Source of the DNA: Ascoidea asiatica JCM 7603
Taxonomy: Eukaryota > Fungi > Ascomycota
Assembly (NCBI GenBank): GCA_001600695.1
Contig: BCKQ01000012.1
Span: 151,440 to 215,439 of the forward strand
Reading direction: 5' to 3'
Length of the DNA: 64,000 nucleotides
Under the pieces are notes generated by a model. It was given only the letters and a program-made list of their open reading frames with translations. It did no database searches and was not told where the DNA came from. The position numbers and the translations under genes were made by a program. Of this stretch, positions 49,053-61,310 are shown in pieces (positions within the stretch are counted from its first letter, which is position 1; each line of letters begins with the position of its first letter).

Positions 49053-49784
49053 TTATGGAGAAACTTGACTCAATAAACCTGTTGCAACATCATATATCAA
49101 ACCATGAACTTCAATTTCATCTTTTTTTAAAGCATTAATAACATCAACGTTTTCATTAATTAAATAATTTAATTGAGATTTAACATTTAATTCAACCAAT
49201 TTTAAACATTTATCATTTAAATTATCAAATTTATTTAAAATTAATTCATTTTTAAATTTTAATTCAATCAATGGTTCTAACCAATTTGTTAAATTTTTAC
49301 TTAAATTTTCATTTTCTTTACTTTTTTTAACTGATAATGAACCTTTTACACCACCACAATCTGTATGACCAATGATTAAAATTTTTGAAATTTTTAAATG
49401 ATTAACTGCATAATCAATTATTGATTTTGAAGAAATATCATTTTTATTATTTATAATATTACCAATATTTGATAATGAAAAAAATTCTCCAGATTTTAAA
49501 TTATTAAAAATATTTTCATTAATTCTTGAATCTGAACATGAAATAAATAATGTATGTGGAGATTGACCTTTTGAACATTCATTAAATATTATTGGTTCAG
49601 TTTTATTAATTTTTGAAACCCATTGTTTATTACAATTTAAATAATCATTAATTGTTGAATTTTTATTTAATGCATAATTTGGTTTTTCAATTTTATCTTT
49701 ATGATCTTTATAATCATTAGTTAAATGAATATGATTATTACAACATGATGTTCTAGTCTTAGTTTGAGTTTCAACTGATGACAT
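49053..49784 (-). CDS. NCE103: Beta-class carbonic anhydrase
   Basis: GQSPHTLFISCSDSR, GHTDCGG, HGLIYDVATG. Confidence 0.95.
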   Translation of the reverse strand: MSSVETQTKTRTSCCNNHIHLTNDYKDHKDKIEKPNYALNKNSTINDYLNCNKQWVSKINKTEPIIFNECSKGQSPHTLFISCSDSRINENIFNNLKSGEFFSLSNIGNIINNKNDISSKSIIDYAVNHLKISKILIIGHTDCGGVKGSLSVKKSKENENLSKNLTNWLEPLIELKFKNELILNKFDNLNDKCLKLVELNVKSQLNYLINENVDVINALKKDEIEVHGLIYDVATGLLSQVSP

Positions 49785-52515
49785 TATAATATATGATAAT
49801 ATAGGAATATAAGAAGATAATATTAAGAGTATAAACTTGTATAATTGAGGTATAAATTGAGGTAAAAAATTGAGGTATGAATTGAGTTTTGAATAAGTTT
49901 TAATTGAGTATAGGTCAGAAGTATGATAATTAATGAATAATTCAAGAAAAAATCTAAGAGAAGATTTAAAAAGAAATTTTAAAGAAATTTAAGATAATTT
50001 AGATAAATTACCTTCTTTATATACTAAAAGTTATCTTATTAAATTATCATAAGTTATATAATAAAAATTGAATTGAAAAAAATACGAAAAATAATTAAAG
50101 AATTTAATTTGAATAAGCGAGGAGGGGGTTATATGCAGTTTTGATTCAAATAAATCAATTTATTTTTAATTATCTTTTGTTATATTTTGTTGTATTTTGT
50201 TGTATTTTGTTGTAATAACTATAATAATTGTTATCAGATTTTAATTATATTCAAGAAATATCTAAAAAATATTCAATTTATATTCAAATTGAATTCAATT
50301 AATAAATATTATTTAAAAAAAATGAATATTATAAAGATTTTTATGAGGTTTTTATATAATTTATATAATTTATATTCCTTATGATTATCTGTAAATTAGA
50401 ATATCATAAAGAATGTTATGAATTGATTTAAACTGATTTAAACTGATTTGAATTGATTTGAATTGATTTGAAATAAATTTAGGTAAAGTTGTAATGAATT
50501 GATTAGAGATTATAAAATTAAATTAAATTAAATTAAATTGAGCGGATAAATCATTTTTAGTTATCTAATTAATAAGTAATATTATAAGAAAATATGAGAT
50601 AATTTAATCTGAGACAATAATAATGAAAATAATAATAAAAACAAGAGAAATTAGAAAATAAGAAAAATAATTAAAGATTAACGTAATTTAAGACACTAAT
50701 ACTGAAATTTTACTGGATAAAATTCATTTAAAGATGATTTGATATAGTAAAAATATAATAAAATATAATAAAATATACTAAAATACTGTAATATTATGAA
50801 ATGTGAGATATTTTGATAATTATACGATATCAAATAAGGCAGATTCAAAATACTGAATAAATTACTGAATAAATTGTTAAGAATAACAAAACATTTAGTT
50901 TCAACGACAAAATTGATTAATTGATTACATGCTTTGCATTTTTCTATTGAACTATTCATAATTAAAACCAAAACTAAAACTAATTGAATATAATTTAATA
51001 TTCAATATTCAATAAAAACTCTCTTGTAAGAGAATGATAGAATAAAAATACATATAATTTAATAAGAGTGTAAAATAGTTTGGTAAGTTCTTGAATAAGC
51101 TAATTTACAACGCTTTTTCAATAACAATAACAGTAACAAAATCAACAACAAAGTTCAGACTTTGGTCCCACACTGTCGCGGGGCTCTGTGTCCCGAGGCA
51201 GTTATCATCTCTTTCGTCACTGCTGGATCGCATAGTCCCGCGGGTCTAGACGTTATCCGAACCACATGGTCCAGCAGGAGCCTCAGTTTCGGGTCTGTCC
51301 CGTTGGTTGTGTTGATGGAAATTGGTACAGTGGAGACCTTACTGAGATTTTTGTGGTTCTCGGTCCCGCTGGTGTTTTGTCGGAATAGGCATCGGCGGTG
51401 ACGAAGTAAATGACGGAGATGCCAGAGCAGCGCAACACAGATGTGCACATAACCTGAGATTCTCTTAGGAATCCCCATACACGGCGTCCGAGATCGCCTT
51501 GAGGAAACGCGCGATGCAGATCAGGAACAAGATTAAGGTTCTGCGGTGAATTGTTGTTATCGTGGTTACCGTTTTCAAAAGATGCCTCGTGGCTGTGGCA
51601 CGTGGCTGGCATTCAGAATTCCGGTAAAACATCCGTTTAAATGGTCTCTACTTTTTTCAGGTGATATTTTTTAAGTCCTGGATATTATTTGCTGTCCCTG
51701 AATCGCACTTTGCTCGCCCCTGATAATCTAGCTCCGTACTTCATTTCATTCAAATTTCATCTTTTCGGTCCAATTTCAAATTGGTTCTAAACTTTTCCTA
51801 AACCTTGTCCTAACGTTGCGAGTGACTAAGTAACTTTGCATTGGAATTATTCAGCCTGATCTCCTTAAAGTTTATAACCTTCTTTTAAATATTTTTTATT
51901 TCTTATTTTTTCATTCTTTATCTTTTCCCTTAAAATTATTTCAATTATTATTTATATATTACTCAAATACTTATTAAAAATTATTAAATTTACTACTTGT
52001 ATTCAACTAATTACCAATTAATCACAAATTTATCATAATTTATCATAATTTATCATAATTTATCATATTTTTTCAACTTATTTATTATTCAAATTAAGAC
52101 ATATTTTAATATCTTGAGTATGTCAATAATACTTCTGTAAGTATTCAATTCATAATTATTATTTTTTATTTTTTTATTTTTTAATTCCTAATTATTAATC
52201 AACAGTATATGTTATCAATTATAAACTATCAACTATCAATTATTGATTATCAGATACTAATATAACTTCAATTGTAATTGAATTCAATTTACTTTCTAAT
52301 AGTTTTGTTTTTGTTTTTTTTACTTCTTTTATTTATTTCGATTTCAAATCAGTCAATTTTAGATCTAAATCTCAGATCTAATTCAATTAAATTTAATCAA
52401 ATTCATATATTATTATAATATTATAATATATTAATATACAAATTAACTACTTTCTTAAATAATATTAATTAATTAACCACTAATTTTATACCGGTACTTT
52501 AAATCTAAATTATTC

Positions 52516-52563
<48 letters not shown>

Positions 52564-52701
52564 TTTATCCTCAATTCATATATTAATATTCTAATTTTTA
52601 TTTAATGTTTATATTACCTTTTGATTATCTAAATCTTTATTCAATTACATTCAATTATATAATTTTATATTCAATTAATTACTTAAATATATCTATTTCA
52701 A

Positions 52702-55020
52702 ATGCCAAATCTAAATAATCAATTCAATCATTCTCAAATAAATATAAATATAAATCAAAATCAAAATCAAAATATGAATATGAATCAGAATATGAATCAG
52801 AATACAAATCAGAATATGAATATGAATATGAATATGAACATGAATATAAATAACAATCAAAACTTAAATCAAATAAATCCTTTAATATATTTTAATTCAA
52901 TTCCAAATCAAAATCAATTTAATAATCAAAATCAAAATCAAAATCAAAATCAATTTCCAGCTCAAATTCAATCTCAATCTCAATATAACCCCAATCCTCA
53001 TTATAATCCCCAATATAATCCCCAGTACAATCCTCAGTTCACTCCTCAATTTCAATCTAATTATATTCCTCAAACTCCATATAACTCTCATTATAATCCT
53101 CAATCTCAACCTCAATCACAATTTAATTCAAATATAAATCAAAACTACTTTAATCATTATATACCTCAATCTACAATTGTTAATAATGATAATAATAATC
53201 ATTCAAATTTAAATCATTTATCAGTAAATTCTCAGTTAACCTTAAATTTGCCAGCTCAACAATCAATACCTTTATCAACTACTCCAATTATATCAAATAC
53301 GCAAAATTATACTATACTATCTAATCAAAATCAAAACCCAATTCTAAATGGAAACTTAAATACAAATATTCAAAATAATCAACAATCAATTACTCCTATA
53401 AATATGTCAAGATCTTCTTTACCACTATTAACTCCAATTTCTTCAATTCCAACAATCTCAAAAACTCATAACTTATCTTTTTCAAATAATGATAATATCA
53501 AGAAAAAAAGAAATTCAAGTAGTGCAAATATTTCAACTAATAAATCCAAATTAGCTTCTAATTTAAATTCTCCTTTTCAAAATTTAAAAAAATCAAAAAT
53601 TCTGAAAAGACCACATTCACAACCATTACCTTCTTCATTACCAGATAATTTACCAACTTCATTTCCTGTTTATTCTCCAATTTCATTTGCTCCAATGTCT
53701 CCGGCAAGTATTTCTAAAACTTTCAGTCCTTCAACTTCTGAACAGATCAATAATAATCTTAATAATATCAATAATTCCACTAATCATACCAAAGTTTTGC
53801 CTTTAACTTTGGAATTGGATTTAGATCACTCTAATAATGATTCGAGTTTAAATAAGCTTCAATTGGAAAGTTCTTCAAATAATAGAAATGAAAAAAACAA
53901 TAAAAATTTATTAAATAAAAGAAAAAAATTAAATGATAATAATAAAAAACTAATATGTAATATTGATAATAATTCTCGAAATGTTTATACTGACACAGAT
54001 AAAAATGAAGGAGAAGCTGAAAAAGCTGAAGAAAATGAAGAGCAAGAAGAACAAGAAAAAGAAAAAGAGGAACAAGAGGAACAAGAAGATGATGATGATG
54101 ACGATGAAGGAGACAATGAAGAAGATACCTCATCTATTGAATCCTTTATTGATTCTGATTTACAAAATCAAAATATACCTTTGAATTCTTCAACTAAAGA
54201 AGATTTAATGCCAAATAGCACAACTAAAAATATCATTCTTCCTTTATCTTCACAAGGAACTGAACTTTTAGAAGCTTCTGAATCACTTTTACCAGATATA
54301 GATTTTACTTCATATGATCTTAAATACTTAATCAAAATTTTAGAAAATGCAGAAAAAGTTAAATGGAAACTTATTTCATCACAATTAATTGATAGAAGAG
54401 ATGGTAAACCAATGAAACCAATGTCATGTTATAAAAGAGCAAGTGAAATGTTAAATATTCCATTAAATCAAAAATTGGTAGGAATTTTAAGAAGTAGTTT
54501 AGCTTATGTAATTCATGGATGGAATTATGATCAACCTTTTGAATCTGAAAGTGATGAAACTTATTTTAATCATGATAAAGATTCAAATAATAAAAAAAAT
54601 AAAAAAAATAATAAAAATAATAAAAAAGAAAAAAAGAATAATAATTCTCAAAAGGATAATAGTAAGAATAATAATGAAATTATTTCAAACTCTAATAAGA
54701 AAAATATTGGAAGTAATGACTGTAATGATAGTAATGAAAATACTAACTTTGAGTATAATACTCAGATCATAACCAGATTAACTAATTCAAGAAAAAGGAA
54801 AAGTGGAAAAATTCGTCAATATTTATCTACTCCAGTTTCAGATCAAGCATTATTATCAAGCATGAATTCAAATTCTAGTTCAGATTCCAGTTTAAATTCT
54901 AATTTAAATTCTGTTTCACCAGAAGTTTATTACAATAATAATATTAATCATTTTCAATCTGAACAACAACAACAACAACAACAACAACAAAGTTTAATGA
55001 TTGATTATTCCAATTTTTAA
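52702..55020 (+). CDS. N/Q-rich protein with acidic tract and a small Myb/SANT-like domain (possibly Candida Aaf1/Adf1-like regulator)
   Basis: 772-aa ORF; only globular segment is FTSYDLKYLIKILENAEKVKWKLISSQL..CYKRA..GILRSSLAYVIHGW; family call tentative. Confidence 0.6.
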   Translation: MPNLNNQFNHSQINININQNQNQNMNMNQNMNQNTNQNMNMNMNMNMNINNNQNLNQINPLIYFNSIPNQNQFNNQNQNQNQNQFPAQIQSQSQYNPNPHYNPQYNPQYNPQFTPQFQSNYIPQTPYNSHYNPQSQPQSQFNSNINQNYFNHYIPQSTIVNNDNNNHSNLNHLSVNSQLTLNLPAQQSIPLSTTPIISNTQNYTILSNQNQNPILNGNLNTNIQNNQQSITPINMSRSSLPLLTPISSIPTISKTHNLSFSNNDNIKKKRNSSSANISTNKSKLASNLNSPFQNLKKSKILKRPHSQPLPSSLPDNLPTSFPVYSPISFAPMSPASISKTFSPSTSEQINNNLNNINNSTNHTKVLPLTLELDLDHSNNDSSLNKLQLESSSNNRNEKNNKNLLNKRKKLNDNNKKLICNIDNNSRNVYTDTDKNEGEAEKAEENEEQEEQEKEKEEQEEQEDDDDDDEGDNEEDTSSIESFIDSDLQNQNIPLNSSTKEDLMPNSTTKNIILPLSSQGTELLEASESLLPDIDFTSYDLKYLIKILENAEKVKWKLISSQLIDRRDGKPMKPMSCYKRASEMLNIPLNQKLVGILRSSLAYVIHGWNYDQPFESESDETYFNHDKDSNNKKNKKNNKNNKKEKKNNNSQKDNSKNNNEIISNSNKKNIGSNDCNDSNENTNFEYNTQIITRLTNSRKRKSGKIRQYLSTPVSDQALLSSMNSNSSSDSSLNSNLNSVSPEVYYNNNINHFQSEQQQQQQQQQSLMIDYSNF

Positions 55021-55302
55021 TAATCTTTATCAATAATTTAATAAGTTTTTTTTTTGGTTTTTTTCTTTTTATTAAAATTTCCGTGTCAATATCATTGATA
55101 TTCTCATTCATTTTTTTTTAATTGTGTTAGTATATTGTTTTTTAATTATATTATATAATTTACCGAGTTATTTATTTATTAAAAGTTGTTTTTTTTTATA
55201 TTTTTTTTTATTTTTTTTATTTTTATTTCATTTTTTTCTATTAGATAGATGTTTTTTTTTTATTTTATTTTATTTAATCTTATGTAATTTTGTGTTATTT
55301 AT

Positions 55303-56013
55303 TTATGAAATTGATTTACCAAATTGATAATAACCATCTTTTTCAGCTACATCAAATTGTAAAATACTTTCTTCAATTACTTTATCCTCATAAGTTATTT
55401 GACCAAATACTTTATCTCCGGGATTTAATTGAGATACACCTTTTGGAGTACCAGTTAAAATAATATCACCTTTTTTTAAAGTCATAATATTTGACATATA
55501 ACTTAAAATTTGATTAATTTTAAATAACATTAAATTTGTTTTATCATTTTGTTTAATTTCACCATTAATTTTAAATAATAAATTTATATTATATGGATCT
55601 TTAATTTTATCTTTTGAAATAAATTTACTTATTGGTAAAAAAGTATCAAAACCTTTACCAATTGACCATGGTAAACCATTTTTTTTAGCAGAATCTTGAA
55701 TATTTCTTGCAGTTAAATCTAAAGCTAAAGCATAACCTTGAATTGAATTAATTGCATCAAGATTTGTAAAAGTTTTTGGATTTAAATTTTTTAATTCTTT
55801 ATTTAAAATTATTGCTAATTCAATTTCATGATGAACAATTGCACCTTTTGGTATTAATATTGGACCTTCATTTGGTTTTAAAATTGCTGAAGATGGTTTT
55901 AAGAAAAAAAATGGATTTATTGGAGTTTTATTATTTAATTCTTTTATATGAGCAGCATAATTTCTACCTATACATAAGATTTTACCAGCATTTTCAAGAT
56001 AACTTAAAGACAT
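55303..56013 (-). CDS. FMP41: Fumarylacetoacetate hydrolase family (FAHD1-like)
   Basis: KILCIGRNYAAHIKEL, FFLKP, HHEIEL, GLPWSIGKGFDTF, GDIILTGTPKGV. Confidence 0.93.
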   Translation of the reverse strand: MSLSYLENAGKILCIGRNYAAHIKELNNKTPINPFFFLKPSSAILKPNEGPILIPKGAIVHHEIELAIILNKELKNLNPKTFTNLDAINSIQGYALALDLTARNIQDSAKKNGLPWSIGKGFDTFLPISKFISKDKIKDPYNINLLFKINGEIKQNDKTNLMLFKINQILSYMSNIMTLKKGDIILTGTPKGVSQLNPGDKVFGQITYEDKVIEESILQFDVAEKDGYYQFGKSIS

Positions 56014-56690
56014 TTTTTAATTTTAATTATTGTTATTATTTTACTATTAATATTTCATTTCTTTTTTACTGGAAATCAAGTCTTGTTTATATAACAGTGA
56101 TTTATTATCTTTAAAGTAACAAATACTGGTAACATTAAAGTTTTAATGAAATTATTCATAAAATAGTTCATTGATTAGTTGTTTATTGTTTATTGTTTAT
56201 TCTTCTCTATTGTTGTTTTGATCTCTTTGTTTTACACCGGGCGTTGATTGGCTGGGCCACGCGGGCTGTTTGAGCTCCGTCAGCCGAGGCGGATAACGGC
56301 ATTCAGCTTCCGAAAAATTAAAACGAGACCGATTTAGTGGAACTTGTGTTAGAGACCAGTTTTATGGTAGCTCTAAGTGAGACCAAATATGTGGGTTTTA
56401 TTTTAATGAGACCATATTGGGGGATCTTGTTTTATTTTTATTTTGAAACCATTTCTGTGGGTGTCCTGCTATGAACTTCTCCAGATTTTGGGTGGCACAA
56501 ACAGAGAAAAAAATCAGAAGAAGCAAAAGAAGAAGAAACAAAAGAAGGTCTATCACTTTTATCTCTTCTATGTCTTCCATATATTTTATAACTTTTACTC
56601 AATTGATATTATCTGCAATTTTTTCAATTCTTATCTTTAATAATTTATTCACTGTTCATTTAAACTATAGCTCAAAGTATTCTTATTTCA

Positions 56691-58382
56691 ATGTCATCTG
56701 CATTCGACAGTGGTATTCATTCATCTTCTTTAGATCCAACTGTTCAAGAAGTTTTAGGACATTTAAATAATGTAATCAATTCAAATGATTTAATAATTAA
56801 TGAACAATTAATTGAAAAATTAATTCTAAAATTCAATTATAATGCAAGATCATTATTATTTGAAAAAAATCAAAATAATAAAGAAATATATACTGAAAAG
56901 AATATACAACCAATAATTGATATAATTATAAATAAAATTTTAAAAAATGATAAAGATTTAAAATTTTTAATGAAAGTTGATAAAAATTTACAATTAATTG
57001 AATTATTAAGTTCAATTTTTAAAAAATTAAATATCCAACAAATTTTAAAATTTTTAAATTATGAAGATTTAATTTTATCTTTAAATACAATTAATTTACC
57101 AAGTTTAGTTAAAATTATTTTAGATATAATTTCAAATGATATTAATGGGAATTTAATTACATATAATATGAATGAAAAAAATTTTGATGAAAATAATATT
57201 ATATTGGAATTATTAAAAGTTTATTCTTTAAATAATTTAGATTATACTTTAGTTAATGAATTTGAAAATACTTTTAAATTAATTTTAAATACTTCAAGTT
57301 CTGAAGTTAAAAAAATTTATGAAAATATATTAATTCAAACAAATTCATTTAATGAAATTATTAGCGTATTATGGAAAATGCAATCTTCTGTTAATTCAGT
57401 TATAAAAGTTAGATTTTTAAATATCCTATTAATATTTACTGATTTTTTATCAAGTGATAAAAATCGATTCCCAAAAGAATTATATTTAAATTTTAATACC
57501 AATAGAAATTCAAATAATAACTCAAATGAAGAAATTGATATACTTTTTTTAACATCTTTAATTCAATTTTATTCTGATTTATTAAGAATTATAATTAATA
57601 ATCAACATAATAAAAATTGGTTATTATTAATACTACAAAACCAAAATGTAATTGATAAAGTTATTGAATATTGGTTACTTATTGTTGATGATAATGAAAA
57701 TGTTAATAAAAGTAATAATCATTTTTCAAAATTCGATTTAACTTTAATAAAAAATGAATTAATACTATTTTTATCAAATTTAAGTTATATAAGTAATGGA
57801 ACTATATTTAATTCATATAATTCAAAATGTAATAATAAATTAGTTATTACATATGATTATTATTTATTATCTCAATTAAATCCAATTGTTCTAATAAGTT
57901 CAAAAGAATTAGTAGATTCATTAAATGATAGTAGTAATAATAACTTTAGACTCAATGACTCAAATTCAGTTTTATTTATAAATTTAATCAAAAATGAACT
58001 AAGTTTTCAAAAAATTAAAAATTTTTTTAATTTAGTTGATTTATATAATTTACAAATCAAATCATTATATGAAATTTTTTACTCAATGTCAAAATTTGAT
58101 TATTCAACACAATATATTTTTTTAAATTTAACTTCAATTTTAAATAATAAATTATTAAATAATAATTCAAATAAAGAAAAAGAATTAGTCATCAATGATG
58201 ATTATTTAAAAAATTTAAGAATTAGTATTCTATTTGAATTGCTTAATACAATTGAAAATAATAGTAATATTGATCCAATGGGTTGGAAAAAATCATTGTT
58301 GAAAACTTATAGTCAATTAACTAAAAATGGTCTAATTAATAGAAATGAAGCTCATGCAATCATCGATGATATTGCCCTATAA
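56691..58382 (+). CDS. HSM3: ARM/HEAT-like protein, probably the 19S proteasome assembly chaperone
   Basis: Helical 563 aa; SVIKVRFLNIL, DILFLTSLIQFYSDLL, terminal IIDDIAL; PACE-like GGTGGCACA at 56491. Confidence 0.5.
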   Translation: MSSAFDSGIHSSSLDPTVQEVLGHLNNVINSNDLIINEQLIEKLILKFNYNARSLLFEKNQNNKEIYTEKNIQPIIDIIINKILKNDKDLKFLMKVDKNLQLIELLSSIFKKLNIQQILKFLNYEDLILSLNTINLPSLVKIILDIISNDINGNLITYNMNEKNFDENNIILELLKVYSLNNLDYTLVNEFENTFKLILNTSSSEVKKIYENILIQTNSFNEIISVLWKMQSSVNSVIKVRFLNILLIFTDFLSSDKNRFPKELYLNFNTNRNSNNNSNEEIDILFLTSLIQFYSDLLRIIINNQHNKNWLLLILQNQNVIDKVIEYWLLIVDDNENVNKSNNHFSKFDLTLIKNELILFLSNLSYISNGTIFNSYNSKCNNKLVITYDYYLLSQLNPIVLISSKELVDSLNDSSNNNFRLNDSNSVLFINLIKNELSFQKIKNFFNLVDLYNLQIKSLYEIFYSMSKFDYSTQYIFLNLTSILNNKLLNNNSNKEKELVINDDYLKNLRISILFELLNTIENNSNIDPMGWKKSLLKTYSQLTKNGLINRNEAHAIIDDIAL

Positions 58383-58853
58383 TTTCCACGAATGATATTG
58401 AGTAATAATCTCTCTTTCATTAGCTCTTTTTTCTAATTTCTGAAAATATTTCTTCCTATTTCTTTCTATTTCTTCATATTTTTATATCTTTTTATGTCTT
58501 TTTATTTCAATGAATATATGTTTCTAAATTGTGACCATAAATTCCCAAAAGGGTAACACGGGGTCTGCGATGACAATCAAAGGGTATAAGTCACATATAA
58601 CGGGGTCTGTGATTATTTGAAGTAAAAACTTTTAAAAAGCTTCAAAAACTTCCAAAAAGCTTTAAAAACGTATAAAAACATTCAAAAACTTTCGATTGCA
58701 GTAAAACTTCTAGATTTGAAGTTGATTCCAGTTAGTTTTAGTTTCAATTCGAATTAAAGCTGAAATAATTGTCGATTATTTAAGAACCTTATCAAGTTCT
58801 TTAGCTTTCCTGTACAATAACGTAAAAAGATTTGCTATTATTATCTAAAAAAT

Positions 58854-60845
58854 ATGAATCAGGAAAACTTAGATATAATACCGTTAAATAATAATAAAAA
58901 TGATATTAGTTATAATGATAATAATAATAAAGAAAAAGTTGGAAATATAAACGATTTGGATATTGATACTGCTTTGTTGTTAGTAGAAAATGAAACAAGT
59001 CAATGCTTATCTTTCAAATCTTCTGATAGAATAAATCAAGATAAAAATCAAGATAAAAATCAAGAGAAAGATCAAAAGAAAGATCAAAAGCAAAATGGAA
59101 CCAACAACAATGAAGAAAAAATGAATAAAATTATAAATAAAACTGATTCCAATTTTAATGACAGTAAAGATTCCAAATTTACTGAACAAATTCGGAATTT
59201 AAGTTATAATTTTGAAAATAATAATGAATTAAAATCAACTTTAGAAAATTGTATTGAAAATAATTTAAAAGATTTAAATTCTAATAAAATCATAAATGAC
59301 GACTCTAAAATTGATGACGTTAAAAGTCAAATGAATATTTCAAATAATTCATTGAAAATAAATAGTAATATTTTATCTTCATTACCAGTACAAAATAAAG
59401 ATTTGACATATTTACCATTATATAGTTCTTTTTATCCAACTAAATTTTCACCTAATCTTTTACTTAGTAATTCAATCATCAATCCAATTTCTAATCCAAT
59501 TCCATTACAAAATCATTCATCAGCATCTATCAATTTCAAAAATAATTTAAATAATAATTTAGGTATAAATACTTCTATCAATATAAATCAATCTTCAATT
59601 TCGAAACCTATTTCAAAAGAAGATTCAATTTCTTCAGCGTCTTTGATACCTAATGTAATTCCTACATATACTCCTTTCAACTATTATAATAATCCTTTTC
59701 CATATTTTCCTATTCAAGATTCTTTAAATCAACAATCTAATTCAAATTCTTTTCAAAAATTAGAGCCTCAGTTGGATTCTCAATCCAAATTCATATATGA
59801 TTCAAATGGTATTTATAAGCTTAATACAAATGTTAAAATTGAATCTCAAACTGAAAACCATAGTTCATTACAAGATTTTAATCTTAATTCAACAAGTTAT
59901 TCAAACAACTTTTTAAATTTTCAACCTAATTTTAATTTTAACGAATTCAATTCACTTAATTCTTTTAAAAATTGTGTATCTCCTTTAGAAAATTCTTTAC
60001 CAAAACAAAATAATAATAATTTGAAATCAAACGTTAAAACAAAATTGAAATTTAGATTAAAATCGAATGTTAAATCAAATACAAACAGAAGACCATTTTC
60101 TTGTAATTTTAATAATTGTTCATGGTCTTTTACAAGACAATCCGATTTAAGAAGACATATGAAATCTCATAAAAATCCAGATTTTCATTGTCCATATTAT
60201 AAAAATAATCCAACTTGCCATAAAAATGGTGGAGGTTTTAATAGATTAGATGTTTTAAAAAGACATTTAAAACTTGTTCATTATAAAATTGATAAATCAA
60301 ATTTCAATCCATTAACAAAAGAAGATCCAGGTAATTGTAAATATTGTAATAGATTTTTCCAGAATTCAAAATTATTTATTACTCATTGTTTAAATTGTGC
60401 AAACAAGAGTAAGTTAAATGAATTCGATATTCAGTCTAGAATAATTTCATCACAGAATACAAATTTGAATAATTCTTCAAAAAGTTTATTAAATAATTCA
60501 TTTGATACTCCAATAATTACAATGGAAGAAGAAATTGCTAATATTTTAGCTAAAAATTCTGTTAATTATCCTTTAAAGTTTAATAATCTCGGTAATGAAG
60601 AATTAAATCTTTCAAATACTGTTCATATCAATGATATTCATGAAAATATTAATAAGCAAATTAATAATATTGATCAAAATGAGGATGACTTTAAGATAAA
60701 AACTTCTTTAGCTATACTTGAGTCTTATGAATCAAACTCGAATTTAAAGAGAGCAAATACAGAATTAAAACCAGCAGAAGAAATTTTGGATTTTGAATTA
60801 CATCCCTCTAATAAAAAAATAAGTAAACGTATCAAACCAAATTAG
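58854..60845 (+). CDS. C2H2 zinc-finger transcription factor
   Basis: RPFSCNFNNCSWSFTRQSDLRRHMKSH, HCPYY..CHKNGGGFNRLDVLKRHLKLVH, CKYCNRFF..HCLNC. Confidence 0.88.
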   Translation: MNQENLDIIPLNNNKNDISYNDNNNKEKVGNINDLDIDTALLLVENETSQCLSFKSSDRINQDKNQDKNQEKDQKKDQKQNGTNNNEEKMNKIINKTDSNFNDSKDSKFTEQIRNLSYNFENNNELKSTLENCIENNLKDLNSNKIINDDSKIDDVKSQMNISNNSLKINSNILSSLPVQNKDLTYLPLYSSFYPTKFSPNLLLSNSIINPISNPIPLQNHSSASINFKNNLNNNLGINTSININQSSISKPISKEDSISSASLIPNVIPTYTPFNYYNNPFPYFPIQDSLNQQSNSNSFQKLEPQLDSQSKFIYDSNGIYKLNTNVKIESQTENHSSLQDFNLNSTSYSNNFLNFQPNFNFNEFNSLNSFKNCVSPLENSLPKQNNNNLKSNVKTKLKFRLKSNVKSNTNRRPFSCNFNNCSWSFTRQSDLRRHMKSHKNPDFHCPYYKNNPTCHKNGGGFNRLDVLKRHLKLVHYKIDKSNFNPLTKEDPGNCKYCNRFFQNSKLFITHCLNCANKSKLNEFDIQSRIISSQNTNLNNSSKSLLNNSFDTPIITMEEEIANILAKNSVNYPLKFNNLGNEELNLSNTVHINDIHENINKQINNIDQNEDDFKIKTSLAILESYESNSNLKRANTELKPAEEILDFELHPSNKKISKRIKPN

Positions 60846-61310
60846 CTTATTTACTAAATTCCATCATTTTATTGTTTCTTCGTTTCATTGTCTAATTGTT
60901 TCTGTATTCTAGCATATCGACATAATAGCATAATAGTATTTTAGCATTTTAACATATTTTTATTCTACTCTAGTTAAGTTATTTTTTTACCTTTAACATT
61001 TCCCTCAATTCATTTATCAATGTTGCATTATATTAACTTTTTTAAATTTTTTAGTTTATGTATATTATTTCATATTATTATTATATTATCTAGTGTATAA
61101 TTATAATCAATATAATTTTATCTACGTTTTGATAAGGTGAATTTAAAAAACTAAAAAAAATTTATTGCAATATTAAATTGCTCTAACTAAAAAAGAAATA
61201 AGATAAATTCCAATAAAACGGAATATCTAGAAAATCATAAGATCATGAAAATAAAAAAAATGGAAATAAAAAAATAGTATGTATATAAGAAAAACAAAGG
61301 AAAACTTTGT

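Noticed and set aside
51155-51612. Short ORFs in GC-rich islands (also 21694-22046, 26927-27158, 32901-33333, 41088-41466, 48680-48907)
   Set aside because: Overlapping ORFs on both strands, no recognisable domains, codon usage unlike real genes; expected from low stop density
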